Both the position numbers and the translations under genes were made by a program. From Burkholderiales bacterium (lineage in GTDB: Bacteria; Pseudomonadota; Gammaproteobacteria; Burkholderiales; SG8-41): a stretch of DNA of 64,000 bases. Of this stretch, positions 44,793 to 54,571 are shown piece after piece (within the stretch, counting starts at the first letter, position 1; the number at the start of each line of letters is the position of its first letter). Below the pieces are notes generated by a model. That model did no database searches and was not told where the DNA came from. It worked only from the letters and a program-made list of their open reading frames with translations. The stretch is from NCBI GenBank assembly GCA_036555615.1, contig DATBKZ010000048.1, forward strand, positions 2,526 through 66,525. The letters are read 5' to 3'.

Positions 44793-46226
44793 CTACAAGC
44801 CTGCCTGCGAGACGAACTTGGGATTGAGATAGGCCTCGATCGCCTCGCTGCCACCCTCCGAGCCGTAGCCCGAATCCTTTACCCCGCCGAACGGCACTTC
44901 GGGCAGCGCAAGTCCCAGGTGATTGATGGTCATCATGCCGGTCTCGACCGACGCCGCGACGGCATTGGCGGTTTTGGCGGAGCGCGTCCACGCGTACGCA
45001 GCGAGCCCGTACGGCAGGCGATTCGCTTCCGTCACGGCGTCCTCGAGGCTACGGAAGGGATTGATGATGGCGAGCGGCCCGAACGGCTCCTGGTTCATCG
45101 CCAGCGCTTCCCTCGGCAGCTCCGTGATAACCGTGGGCTCGAAGAAGTTTCCCTTCTCGCCGATCGGGTAGCCGCCGGTGAGCACCTTGCCGCCGTGCTT
45201 TCTTGCATCGTCCACATGGGCTTCCATCGCGCGGGTGCGGCGCGGATTCGCGAGCGGGCCCATCTTCGTATCCTTGTCCATCCCGTCGCCGACCTTGATC
45301 GCCTTGGCGCCCGCGACGAACTTGTCGACGAAGCTCGCGTATACCCCCTCCTGCACCAGGAAGCGTGTCGGCGAGATGCATACCTGCCCGGCGTTGCGGT
45401 ATTTCATGAACGTCATCGTCTTGGCCGCGGCGTCGACGTCGCTGTCGTCGAAGACGATCACCGGCGCGTGTCCGCCGAGCTCCATGGTCGTGCGCTTCAT
45501 GTAAGTCCCGGCCAGAGCGGCGAGCTGCTTGCCGACCGCAACGGAGCCGGTGAACGACATCTTGCGGATGACCGGATGCGGAACGAGGTAGCTCGAGATG
45601 TCCGCGGGATTGCCGTAGACGAGGCCGATCACTCCCGAGGGAACGCCGGCGTCGGCAAAAGCGCGGATCAGCTCGGCGGGTGACGCGGGCGTCTCTTCCG
45701 GCGCCTTGACGATGATCGAGCAGCCGGCGGCGAGCGCGGCCGAGAGCTTGCGCACCACCTGGTTGATCGGGAAATTCCACGGCGTGAACGCGGCGACCGG
45801 CCCCACCGGCTCCTTGATGACGAGCTGATAGACACCCTCCGCGCGCGCCGGGATCACGCGCCCGTAGGCACGGCGCGCCTCTTCGGCGAACCAGTCGATG
45901 ACGTCCGCGCCGGCAAGCGCTTCCCCCTTGGCTTCTGCGAGCGGCTTGCCCTGCTCCATGGTGAGAGTCGGCGCAATGGCGTCGGCGCGCTCCCGAAAAA
46001 GGTGCGCGGCCTTGCGCATGATTTTCGATCGGTCGAACGCCGAAACCTTGCGCCAGGTCCGGAAGCCCTGCTCCGCAGCTTCCAGCGCGCGATCAAGGTC
46101 GGCGCGCTCCGCATAGGCGACGGTCCCGATCTGGCTGCCCGTGGCCGGATTGAGGACCGGCAGCGTGCGGCCAGAGGCGCCCGGACCCCAGACACCGTTA
46201 ATGTAGAGCAGCGTGTTCGGATACAT
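44793..46226 (-). CDS. NAD(P)-dependent aldehyde dehydrogenase (succinate-semialdehyde dehydrogenase-like)
   Basis: [16 protein letters not shown] and catalytic-Cys context [11 protein letters not shown]. Confidence 0.85.
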   Translation of the reverse strand: MYPNTLLYINGVWGPGASGRTLPVLNPATGSQIGTVAYAERADLDRALEAAEQGFRTWRKVSAFDRSKIMRKAAHLFRERADAIAPTLTMEQGKPLAEAKGEALAGADVIDWFAEEARRAYGRVIPARAEGVYQLVIKEPVGPVAAFTPWNFPINQVVRKLSAALAAGCSIIVKAPEETPASPAELIRAFADAGVPSGVIGLVYGNPADISSYLVPHPVIRKMSFTGSVAVGKQLAALAGTYMKRTTMELGGHAPVIVFDDSDVDAAAKTMTFMKYRNAGQVCISPTRFLVQEGVYASFVDKFVAGAKAIKVGDGMDKDTKMGPLANPRRTRAMEAHVDDARKHGGKVLTGGYPIGEKGNFFEPTVITELPREALAMNQEPFGPLAIINPFRSLEDAVTEANRLPYGLAAYAWTRSAKTANAVAASVETGMMTINHLGLALPEVPFGGVKDSGYGSEGGSEAIEAYLNPKFVSQAGL

Positions 46227-46262
46227 GCTCAGTTTCCCTCGTGGCGCGTGGCATGTGAGTCG

Positions 46263-47150
46263 CTAGAACGGCACGGAGCCGTTCACGGTCACGCGGTGCA
46301 TCAGGCGGCGCTGGTTCTCGCCGTAATCGCGCACCGCCAGGTGCTGGCAGGTGCAGTTGTCCCACATCAGCACGTCGCCGGCCTGCCAGCGGTGGCGGTA
46401 CTGGAACTTCGGGTCGATCAGGTGGCGGTGCAAAGCCGCGATGAGAGGCAAAGCTTCGGCTTCCCCCATGCCTTCGATGCCGGTGCATTCGCCCTCCGTG
46501 ACGTAAATGCACTTGCGGCCGGTAACCGGATGAGTGCGGAAGATTGGATGCGCGACGGGCGGCGTCTTGTCCAGGTGCTCGCGCGTGACTTCGCGCGTCA
46601 GGCCCACCGCCGCCTTGCGCGCCTGCATCTTGGCGAGGTAGCTGTGCGTCGAGCGCTTGCCCGCGAGCCGGGCCTTGAGCTCCGGTGCGAGCGCGTCGTA
46701 GGCAGCGGCCGCACTGGCGAATATCGTGTCGCCGAGCACAGTTCCGTCCGGGGCGTGCGGAACCTCGATCGCGTGGAGCATCGAGCAGCGCGGCGGGCAG
46801 GCGTATGCCGACATATCCGTGTGCCAGGTGGTGCCGGCATCGGCGAGCCCGATGTAGCGGCCGTTCTCCTTGATGTTCGAGACCAGAAGAACTTCGGGAC
46901 GCTTCGCCAGACAGGCCTGAGTGTTGACGTTGATCTCGACCTCGCCGAAGCGCCGCGCAAAGGCGATCTGCTGCCCTACCGTGATGTTCTGGTGCCGAAA
47001 GAAGATCACGCCGTGCTGATTAAACGCGTCCTCGATGCGCCCGAAGGTCGCCGCGTCGAGTTCCAGCGCGAGGTCAACGCCGCGGATCTCGGCGCCGAGC
47101 GCCGCGCCGGTCGGCACGATGCTCACGCCGGCGACTGCCAGATGAATCAC
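46263..47150 (-). CDS. TauD/TfdA-family Fe(II)/2-oxoglutarate dioxygenase
   Basis: GAEIRGVDL N-terminal motif and WHTDMS iron-ligand motif. Start taken as GTG 47150, 9 nt after AGGGGA. GTG 47183 is the alternative. Confidence 0.8.
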   Translation of the reverse strand: MIHLAVAGVSIVPTGAALGAEIRGVDLALELDAATFGRIEDAFNQHGVIFFRHQNITVGQQIAFARRFGEVEINVNTQACLAKRPEVLLVSNIKENGRYIGLADAGTTWHTDMSAYACPPRCSMLHAIEVPHAPDGTVLGDTIFASAAAAYDALAPELKARLAGKRSTHSYLAKMQARKAAVGLTREVTREHLDKTPPVAHPIFRTHPVTGRKCIYVTEGECTGIEGMGEAEALPLIAALHRHLIDPKFQYRHRWQAGDVLMWDNCTCQHLAVRDYGENQRRLMHRVTVNGSVPF

Positions 47151-47169
47151 GGCTTGATATCCCCTGCGG

Positions 47170-48156
47170 CTAGCTGCCGGCACGGATGTTGGCGATCCGG
47201 GCGACTTCCTTCCATTTGGCCATCTCGACGGGAATCAGCTTCTGGACCTCGGCGGGCGTGCGGTAATCGGCCTCGACGCCCTCTGCTGCGAAGCGCTTGA
47301 GGGTCGCCGGCTGCTCGAGATACCGCTTCATCTCGCCGCTGAGCTTGTTGACCACACCCCGCGGCGTGCCGGCGGGCGCTGCGATCGCCCACCAGTTGTT
47401 CGCCTCGTAGCCGGATACGCCGGCTTCGGCGATGGTCGGCAGATCCGGCGCGGCAGTGGCGCGCTTCGTGCCGGTCGTCGCGAGCGCCTTGATCCGCCCT
47501 GATTTCATGTGCGGCAGCGTTTGAATCAGCGAGCCCAAGTTCACGTGCGCCTGCCCGCCCATGACATCCATCAGCGCGGGGAAGCCACCCTTGTAGATCA
47601 CGACCAGCATCTTCATGCCCGAGAGGTGATTGAACAACTCGCTCGCAAATTGGGCAAAGCCGCCCGAGGTGGCGAGCGTAAGCTTGCCGGGGTTGGCCTT
47701 GCCGTGCGCGATGAGTTCCTGCGCCGAGTTCACCTTGAGCGCCGGTCCTACCGAGAGCACGCTCGGGCCGTATCCCAGCCTCCCCACCCAGGAGAAGGAC
47801 TTGTGCGGATCGTAGGGCACCTTGCGCGTCGCCCCGTTCACGGCGAACGCTGCCGAAGCGATCAGCAGCGTGTGGCCGTCGGGTTGCGCGCGCGCCACGA
47901 TATCGGTGCCGATGATGGCATCCGCCCCCGGGCGGTTATCCACGACCACCTGCTTGCCCAGGCGCTCGGTGAGATAGAGCGCGAAATAGCGGCCCATGAT
48001 GTCGTTGCTGCCGCCGGGCGGGAACGGAATGATGAGCCGGATCGGCCGCGCGGGATATCCGGCGGCAGACTCCTCCTTCGAACCCTGCTGCGCCGCCTGC
48101 GCGCCGCCCGCGGCGGCGAGCAACACGGCAAAGCACACTGCGAGAATTGTCCTCAT
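47170..48156 (-). CDS. Bug-family tripartite tricarboxylate transporter substrate-binding protein
   Basis: ATG at 48156. Signal peptide MRTILAVCFAVLLAAAGGAQA. PIRLIIPFPPGGSNDIMGR signature. Confidence 0.85.
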   Translation of the reverse strand: MRTILAVCFAVLLAAAGGAQAAQQGSKEESAAGYPARPIRLIIPFPPGGSNDIMGRYFALYLTERLGKQVVVDNRPGADAIIGTDIVARAQPDGHTLLIASAAFAVNGATRKVPYDPHKSFSWVGRLGYGPSVLSVGPALKVNSAQELIAHGKANPGKLTLATSGGFAQFASELFNHLSGMKMLVVIYKGGFPALMDVMGGQAHVNLGSLIQTLPHMKSGRIKALATTGTKRATAAPDLPTIAEAGVSGYEANNWWAIAAPAGTPRGVVNKLSGEMKRYLEQPATLKRFAAEGVEADYRTPAEVQKLIPVEMAKWKEVARIANIRAGS

Positions 48157-48250
48157 GGCGCTCCCCTCTCTTGCGTTAAGCGCACGATACACCAGTCCGG
48201 GCCGGAAGAAGCTACACTCCCTCAGTTCGTTCATCAAACTGGAGCAATTC

Positions 48251-49231
48251 ATGGCAGACGCCAAGGTCGTCTTCCTTCACGGGCTGCACCAGCGGATCGT
48301 GGAGGCTATCGTCTCGTTCAATCCCGCCGGCTTCAGCACCACCGTGGTGGCCGGCAAGTCCCCGGAAGACCAGCAGGTTGAGGCGGTAAGAGACGCCGAT
48401 TTCATCATGGCGTTCCGCGCGAAGCTCACCGAGCGGATACTGCGCTCCGCGAACAAGGCCCGGATGGTGCAGATACTGTCCGCGGGCTACGACAGCATCA
48501 ATCTCAAGCTCCTGCGCGAGCTGAAGATTCCCTGCGCGAACAACGGAGGAGCGAACTCCTGGGCGGTCGCCGACTACGCCGTGCTGGCGATGCTGTCCCT
48601 CTACCGGCGCCTGGCGGCGGCCGACCGGGCGGTGCGGGAGGGCCGGTGGAGCGCCGCAATCGACGGCATGAACACCTTCGAAATGGCGGGGAAGGTGGTG
48701 GGCGTGCTCGGATTCGGCAACATCGGCCAGAAAGTCGCCCGCCGGGTCCAGGCGTTCGATGCGACCGTCCAGTACTACGACAAGTTTCCGCTTTCGCCCG
48801 AGCGCGAGCGCGAGCTGAAGGCGAAGCGGGTGTCGCTGGAGGAGCTCTTCCGCACCTCGGACATCGTCTCCTGCCACGCGCCGCTCACGAACGAAACGCG
48901 CCACGTCGTCAACCGCGAGCGTCTTGCCATGATGAAGCCGACGGCGGTCATCATCAACACGAGCCGCGGGCCGGTGATCGACGAGTCGGCGCTGTTCGAG
49001 GCGCTCCAGCAGAAGCGCATCGCGGGCGCCGGCCTCGACGTCTTCGAGAAGGAGCCGGTCGATCCCGCCAATCCCCTCCTCAAGCTGGAGAGCGTGGTGG
49101 TGTCGCCCCACAGCGCGGGCACGACCTGGGACACCTGGTTCAGGCGCGCCGATTTCGCCTACAAGAACATGAAGCGCGTGTGGGACGGGCAGCCGCCGCA
49201 GGCCGTCGCCACCGATTACGACGCGGAATGA
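48251..49231 (+). CDS. D-isomer-specific 2-hydroxyacid dehydrogenase family protein
   Basis: ATG at 48251. NAD motif GVLGFGNIGQKVARR. Catalytic-region NTSRGPVIDE and SPHSAG. Confidence 0.85.
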   Translation: MADAKVVFLHGLHQRIVEAIVSFNPAGFSTTVVAGKSPEDQQVEAVRDADFIMAFRAKLTERILRSANKARMVQILSAGYDSINLKLLRELKIPCANNGGANSWAVADYAVLAMLSLYRRLAAADRAVREGRWSAAIDGMNTFEMAGKVVGVLGFGNIGQKVARRVQAFDATVQYYDKFPLSPERERELKAKRVSLEELFRTSDIVSCHAPLTNETRHVVNRERLAMMKPTAVIINTSRGPVIDESALFEALQQKRIAGAGLDVFEKEPVDPANPLLKLESVVVSPHSAGTTWDTWFRRADFAYKNMKRVWDGQPPQAVATDYDAE

Positions 49232-51186
49232 AACTGAGGGGCCGGTCCCTCCTCACGCTCCTCGCGCTGCTCTGTGCGGCGTCGGCGACGGCCGCCGGCA
49301 CCGTGGAGATCGCCGCGGCGGTGGGGTTTACCGATACCTACCAGCCCGGCCGCTGGACGCCTCTGAGCGTCACCGTGACCAATCACGGAGACGACCTGCG
49401 CGGCGAGCTCGAGGTGCAGGTAGCCGGCGGTGACGAGCTGCGCAACCGGCTGTTCGAAACCGTTCACCGGCGCCAGCTCGAGCTCCACCGCAATTCACGC
49501 AAGACCCTGCAGTTCACGGTGTTCCTGCAGGGGCCGTCGCATCCGCTGCTGATCCGTGTGCGCTCGGGCGAGAGGGAGCTGGCTCGAGCGGAGATTGATC
49601 TGCGCACACGCTTCGCCGCCGAGCGCCTGCTGCTGGTGCTCAGCCGGGATGCCGATCTCGATTACCTGAACGACAGCGCAGCCAGGGGCCTGCGGGTGCT
49701 CTATCCGCATCCCGAGCTCCTGCCCGTGCACTGGCGGGGATACGACGCCGTAGCCGCAATGGTGGTGCATGGGGTATCCCTGGAGCGGCTGAGCGATACT
49801 CAGTACGACGCCCTGCACAAGTGGATTGCCCAGGGCGGGATCCTTGCCGTGTCCGGCGGACCCGATTACGCCCTGCTTCGAAGCCCGCGGCTTTCCGCCT
49901 TTCTGCCCGGCGCGCCCCTGGGGATGACGCGCATCGACGGCAGCGTCCTCCAGCGCGCCTTTTCCGCTTCCCTCGACGTCTCGCGCCCCGTTTACGTTAA
50001 CCGGCTCGGTCCCTTCCGCGGGCGCGCAAGTCTGAGCGCGGGGACCGTGCCGCTCATCGTGGAACACGCGCTTGGACTCGGTCGGGTGCTCTACCTGACA
50101 TTCGACGTGGCAGGCCCTCCCTTCGATCGCTGGGACGGCATGCGCGAGCTGTGGCGGGAAAGCCTGCGCTTGCCGCCAGCGGCAGATTTATCCCTTAGCG
50201 CGCCGGAACCGGTGCTCGGAAACCCGCTGATGTCCCTTATTCGTGCCGGGTCCACGAATTTCCCTTCGCCTGCCACGGTGTTCTACTTTCTGGCACTCTA
50301 TCTGGGCCTGCTGCTGGCAGGGTACTGGTTTTCCGTGCGCGAGACGCAGCGCCGCTGGCTGGCTCCGCTCTGGAGCTGGGCCGCGCCGGTGCTGTTCGCT
50401 GCTGCGGCGTGGTTGCTGTTCGGCCCGACCATGTTTCCGCGCGGCGCCACCGCGGTGGCGGCGGCGCTGATCGAGCCATTCCCGGGCAGCATCTACGCGC
50501 GGCTTGCGCTGGACGTGGGCGTGTACTCGAATCGAAGCGGCGCGCTGCACCTGGAGTACCGCGGTGCCGAGCCGGTGCTCTACCCGACCCGCCAGGCACA
50601 GCGGGACGGCATCGTGGATAACTGGGTGTTTGGCGAGGGACCACAGCGCTTTCTCGAGCCGCTGGACCGGCGACGCTACGTGCTGCACGCGCTCGAGGGG
50701 GAAGACGTGATCACGTTCAATCTTGACGCCTCGGTGCACGACGAGGCGACGGCGCTCCGGCTCGTTCTGGACAACGCCAGCGGACGGGCCCTGAAGGGCC
50801 TTTGGCTGGTGTTCGATGGCTACGCCTACGAGCTCGGTTCCATCGAGGCCGGTGCGCGGGTTGAGCGCGAGCTCGTCCGTCGTACGGACGGCCTTGAGGT
50901 CGGGGATGCGCCCTGGAAATCCGCGCTCAAGCCACCCCCCGGGGTTCCGGTGCAAACGATGGAGCCGGCCAGGATTCTGCTCGAGCGCAAGGCGCGGGAA
51001 ATGCGCGAAAGCGGCTATCCCGGCCGGGGTCACGCGCTGCTGATCGGCTACACGGAGAACCCGTTTCGGCCGGCGGGCGTGAGCGCCGGCTGGCCACGCC
51101 GGGAACAGGCGCTGATCGCGGTCCGGGTTGCGACGTTGCCTGGCTTTGCGGCGGCAGGCGCCGGCAGCAGGCATCAGGACAGATGA
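49228..51186 (+). CDS. Uncharacterised exported/membrane protein (gene A of the Bat-like operon)
   Basis: ATG overlaps the upstream stop (ATGA). Signal peptide MKLRGRSLLTLLALLCAASATAAG. Segment LLLVLS...AAMVVHGVSLERLSDTQYDALHKWIAQGGILAVSGG. Two central TM helices (FYFLALYLGLLLAGYWF, WAAPVLFAAAAWLLFG), then a C-terminal domain of about 250 aa. Confidence 0.7.
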   Translation: MKLRGRSLLTLLALLCAASATAAGTVEIAAAVGFTDTYQPGRWTPLSVTVTNHGDDLRGELEVQVAGGDELRNRLFETVHRRQLELHRNSRKTLQFTVFLQGPSHPLLIRVRSGERELARAEIDLRTRFAAERLLLVLSRDADLDYLNDSAARGLRVLYPHPELLPVHWRGYDAVAAMVVHGVSLERLSDTQYDALHKWIAQGGILAVSGGPDYALLRSPRLSAFLPGAPLGMTRIDGSVLQRAFSASLDVSRPVYVNRLGPFRGRASLSAGTVPLIVEHALGLGRVLYLTFDVAGPPFDRWDGMRELWRESLRLPPAADLSLSAPEPVLGNPLMSLIRAGSTNFPSPATVFYFLALYLGLLLAGYWFSVRETQRRWLAPLWSWAAPVLFAAAAWLLFGPTMFPRGATAVAAALIEPFPGSIYARLALDVGVYSNRSGALHLEYRGAEPVLYPTRQAQRDGIVDNWVFGEGPQRFLEPLDRRRYVLHALEGEDVITFNLDASVHDEATALRLVLDNASGRALKGLWLVFDGYAYELGSIEAGARVERELVRRTDGLEVGDAPWKSALKPPPGVPVQTMEPARILLERKAREMRESGYPGRGHALLIGYTENPFRPAGVSAGWPRREQALIAVRVATLPGFAAAGAGSRHQDR

Positions 51187-51977
51187 TGCGAAGCAATCCG
51201 CTGGTCACCGAGGTTCTGGTCGGAACCACCCGGGCTGGCAAGGCTCAGCTCGACTATATTGGCCTGCTGGTGCTGCAGGCGGTGGTGCTGTTGCTTTGGT
51301 GGCCGAAAGTCGGAGTGGCGCAGATGCTGGATAGCCAGCACGGTCCGCACGCTCTGGCGGCGGTGGTCATGGCCGTGGGCGTCACCCTGGCGTACTTCGC
51401 GCTGCGTGCGGGCGCGGAGGAAGTCATGCTGCCGGGCCAGCACGGACTGCGGGACTGGGCGCTGGCGACCCCCCTCGGTCTGGGTCGGGTACTCGGCGGC
51501 TACCTGCTGGGTCAGGTCGTTCACAGCCTGTATCTGCTGGCGCTTTCCGCGCCCTTGCTGTTGACGGCCTTCACCGTTTCCGGGGGGGAATGGGCTGCGC
51601 TCGGGTGGTGCCTGGCGGCGGCGCTCCTCCAGGCCCTGTTCTACCGGTTGTCTGGCGCGATGACACACCTTGCAATCGGGCAGCATCGCGGCGAGACTTA
51701 CTTCACCGTGCGCGCGATCTTGCTGCTGATGTACGTCCCGGTCGGCTGGCTCGTGCCCCTCACCAGCCATATTGCGTTCACATCCCGCGCGCTCGGTGAG
51801 AGCACAGCCACCCGACCGGAATCCGGGTCGGTGCCCGACGAGTGGGTGTTCCTGGCGCTCTACGCGGGCTTGAGCGTGCTCGCGACGATCGTGCTGCATC
51901 GCTTGCTCGCGCGCGCGCGACGCGGCATGGCGGGTTCCCAGGCCGGCGCCAGGGTCGGCGAGGCAGTCACGTCATGA
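51183..51977 (+). CDS. Uncharacterised 6-TM membrane protein (gene B)
   Basis: ATGA overlap at both ends. Six hydrophobic helices. Faint resemblance to ABC-2-type permeases. Confidence 0.65.
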   Translation: MMRSNPLVTEVLVGTTRAGKAQLDYIGLLVLQAVVLLLWWPKVGVAQMLDSQHGPHALAAVVMAVGVTLAYFALRAGAEEVMLPGQHGLRDWALATPLGLGRVLGGYLLGQVVHSLYLLALSAPLLLTAFTVSGGEWAALGWCLAAALLQALFYRLSGAMTHLAIGQHRGETYFTVRAILLLMYVPVGWLVPLTSHIAFTSRALGESTATRPESGSVPDEWVFLALYAGLSVLATIVLHRLLARARRGMAGSQAGARVGEAVTS

Positions 51978-53557
51978 GCGAGGCCGCTGGCGCACGCAGC
52001 CTGTGGCTCGGCAGCCTGCGTCCGGCCCGGGAACGACTCAGTACGGCAATGGCCGCCCTCATCCGCGCACGGCGCCTGCAGGTGCTCGTGGACAATGGTT
52101 TCGGCGGCCTGCTGGTGGGACTCGGCCTGGCCACGTTCGCGGTGCTGGTGGCCCGGCTGGTGCCCCTGCCCTATTCGCCGTGGCAGCTCGGGGCTGCGTT
52201 GGTGATCACCGCTGTGGCGCTTGCGCTGCTCGTGGGCTGGCGGCGGCGCCCCGATTCCCTCGAGGTTGCCATCCGTGCGGACCTGGCGCTCAAGCTCAAG
52301 CAGCGTCTGAGCACGGCGTGGGAAATCATGACCGTTCGCGGCGATTCCGAGCTGGCCGAGCGGCTTTCCGTGCAGGCGGTCAAGGCGGGGCTGCCGACCC
52401 ACCCCGGGCGGCTGTTTCCGTTGCGGGTGAACCGCTGGGGGCGTCTGGCGCCGCTGGCGGCGATAGCGCTGCTCCTCGCGAGCGCGGTCGATCTCGGCTG
52501 GATGCAAGCGCCGGCGCCGCGCGAAGTCGATGAGCAAGTGGTGAGAGAGGGCCAGCGCCTCGGCGCGTTCGGACGCGCGATGCAGGAACGAGCGCGGCGC
52601 GACCGGCTGCCACGCAGCGCCAGGCAGGCCCAACAGCTCGAGCGCCTGGGAGCGCATATGGAGAGCGGCGCGCTCGCCCGGGGCGAGGCCCTCGGGCAAC
52701 TGCGCGGGATGAGGGATGCGCTTGACGAGGAACGGATGCAGGCGCTGGCTGAGGCAAACCAGACCGATATTGGCCCGTTGCGCGGGGAGGGCTCGCCGCT
52801 CGCCTCGGATCCGGACACGCGGGCAGCGCTCGAGTCCATCCAGCGCTGGACCCCGGATAGCGCCGACACCCGCGCCCTGGCGAAGCAGCTTGCTGATCTC
52901 GAGCGCTCGGGTGTCCCGCAGCGCGACCTGGAGGACGCACTGAGGCGCCAACTGCCGGAAGACAATGAGGGACTGAGGGAGATGCTCGAAAAACTGGCGC
53001 AAGTCGACCGCGCGCGCAGGGAGGACAGAGAATTGCAGAGCGCGCGCGAGCAGGTGCGTCTGGCGCTGGAGAATCTGGGCGAGCCCGGTTCCGGGACGGA
53101 CGGCGGACGCAGCCCGGGAGTCGACCTCGACTTTGATGAGGAGGACGATCGCGGCGGCAAGAGCGCCGCGGACGCGGCGGCCGACGGACGCCGGCGCACC
53201 GAGATGGCTCGTGGCGCCACGGGAGCCGATTCGCCGGGCGATTCCAGCGGCGCCCCGAAACGGCAGCACGCGCCGGCTGGCCCGGATTCGAGGGACACGG
53301 GGCCGGTCCTGAAGCCGGAGGGCCAGGCGCGCGAGGGCGAGGTGTTCGTGACCGAGGCACGCATCCATCCGAGGACGGCTCGACCGAGTGTGGAGAACGT
53401 AGCGATGAGCAGCGAGTATGCGTCACAGGTGGAGGATGTGCTCTCCAGGGAAGAGTACCCGGCCCATTACAAGGAGTTCGTCCGCAGGTATTTCCTGACA
53501 CTCAGCCGGGGCCGCGTCCCGCAACAGCAGCCAACTGACACACGAGGAGCAAAGTGA
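51974..53557 (+). CDS. Uncharacterised membrane-anchored low-complexity/coiled-coil protein (gene C, DUF4175-like)
   Basis: ATG at 51974. Three N-terminal TM helices, then about 350 aa rich in R/E/D/A/Q/L. C-terminal EEYPAHYKEFVRRYFLTL. Confidence 0.65.
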   Translation: MSEAAGARSLWLGSLRPARERLSTAMAALIRARRLQVLVDNGFGGLLVGLGLATFAVLVARLVPLPYSPWQLGAALVITAVALALLVGWRRRPDSLEVAIRADLALKLKQRLSTAWEIMTVRGDSELAERLSVQAVKAGLPTHPGRLFPLRVNRWGRLAPLAAIALLLASAVDLGWMQAPAPREVDEQVVREGQRLGAFGRAMQERARRDRLPRSARQAQQLERLGAHMESGALARGEALGQLRGMRDALDEERMQALAEANQTDIGPLRGEGSPLASDPDTRAALESIQRWTPDSADTRALAKQLADLERSGVPQRDLEDALRRQLPEDNEGLREMLEKLAQVDRARREDRELQSAREQVRLALENLGEPGSGTDGGRSPGVDLDFDEEDDRGGKSAADAAADGRRRTEMARGATGADSPGDSSGAPKRQHAPAGPDSRDTGPVLKPEGQAREGEVFVTEARIHPRTARPSVENVAMSSEYASQVEDVLSREEYPAHYKEFVRRYFLTLSRGRVPQQQPTDTRGAK

Positions 53558-54555
53558 GTGACGAAGCACGTCTCGCGCTCGCGCACGAGCGGCTGGACGC
53601 GCTGAGGCGCCAGATCGAGCGGCGAATCGTCGGACATCAAGAGCTGATCAACGGCATACTCGCCTGCCTGCTCTCGTCCGGCCACGCTCTGCTGGAAGGC
53701 GTGCCGGGTCTGGGCAAGACGCTGCTGGTCAAGACCCTGAGCGATGCGCTGCACCTGGAATTTTCCCGCATCCAGTTCACCCCGGACCTGATGCCCGCAG
53801 ACATCATCGGCACCCAGGTGGTGCTGCAGGATGACGAGGGCCGCCGGCACTTCCAGTTCCAGCCGGGCCCCGTGTTCACACAGCTCCTGCTCGCCGACGA
53901 GATCAACCGCGCGACGCCGAAGACCCAGTCCGCGCTGCTGGAAGCGATGGAGGAGAAGCGCGTCACCGTCGGGCGCACCGGGCATGCGCTGCAGGAGCCA
54001 TTCATGGTGCTCGCGACGCAGAACCCCATCGAGATGGAAGGCACCTATCCCCTGCCCGAGGCCCAGCTCGATCGCTTCCTGCTGAAGCTCAAAGCCACCT
54101 TTCCCGACGCCGGTGAGCTCTCCGCGATCGTCGATCGCACGACGGGCGCGCCCATGCCGGCGGTCGACCCGGTGCTGGACGCCGGGGAACTCCTGGATTT
54201 GAGGGAGCTCACGCGCTCTGTGGTAATCGCCAATCACGTGAAGGACTACGCGATCCGCATGGTGCTCGCCACCCACGCCGCGAACGGGCGCGCGACGCCA
54301 ATGGTTCGCCGTTACGTGCGCCACGGCGCCAGCCCGCGCGGGCTGCTCGCCGTGGTCCTCACTGCCAAGGCCCTGGCGCTTTTCGCCGGACGCATCAACG
54401 TGAGCTTCGATGACCTCGCAGCCGCCGCGCCGCCGGCGTTGCGGCACCGCATCCTGCTCAACTTCGAGGGCGAGGCGGAAGGGATCGACGTGGAAGACCT
54501 GATCGCGGAAGTCGTCCGCGAAACGCCGACTGTGCCCGGGGAGGCGCGCGCCTGA
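53554..54555 (+). CDS. MoxR-family AAA+ ATPase
   Basis: GTG start overlapping the upstream TGA, RBS GAGGAG. Walker A GVPGLGKT, Walker B LLADEINR; ATQNPIEMEGTYPLPEAQLDRF. Confidence 0.92.
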   Translation: MSDEARLALAHERLDALRRQIERRIVGHQELINGILACLLSSGHALLEGVPGLGKTLLVKTLSDALHLEFSRIQFTPDLMPADIIGTQVVLQDDEGRRHFQFQPGPVFTQLLLADEINRATPKTQSALLEAMEEKRVTVGRTGHALQEPFMVLATQNPIEMEGTYPLPEAQLDRFLLKLKATFPDAGELSAIVDRTTGAPMPAVDPVLDAGELLDLRELTRSVVIANHVKDYAIRMVLATHAANGRATPMVRRYVRHGASPRGLLAVVLTAKALALFAGRINVSFDDLAAAAPPALRHRILLNFEGEAEGIDVEDLIAEVVRETPTVPGEARA

Positions 54556-54571
54556 GCCGGAGCCGGTAGCC

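Noticed and set aside
48251-49231. Counting the 2-hydroxyacid dehydrogenase as an eighth functional member of the Bat-like system
   Set aside because: The ATGA overlap suggests co-transcription. However, an ordinary metabolic dehydrogenase gives no functional link, so it is noted only as context.
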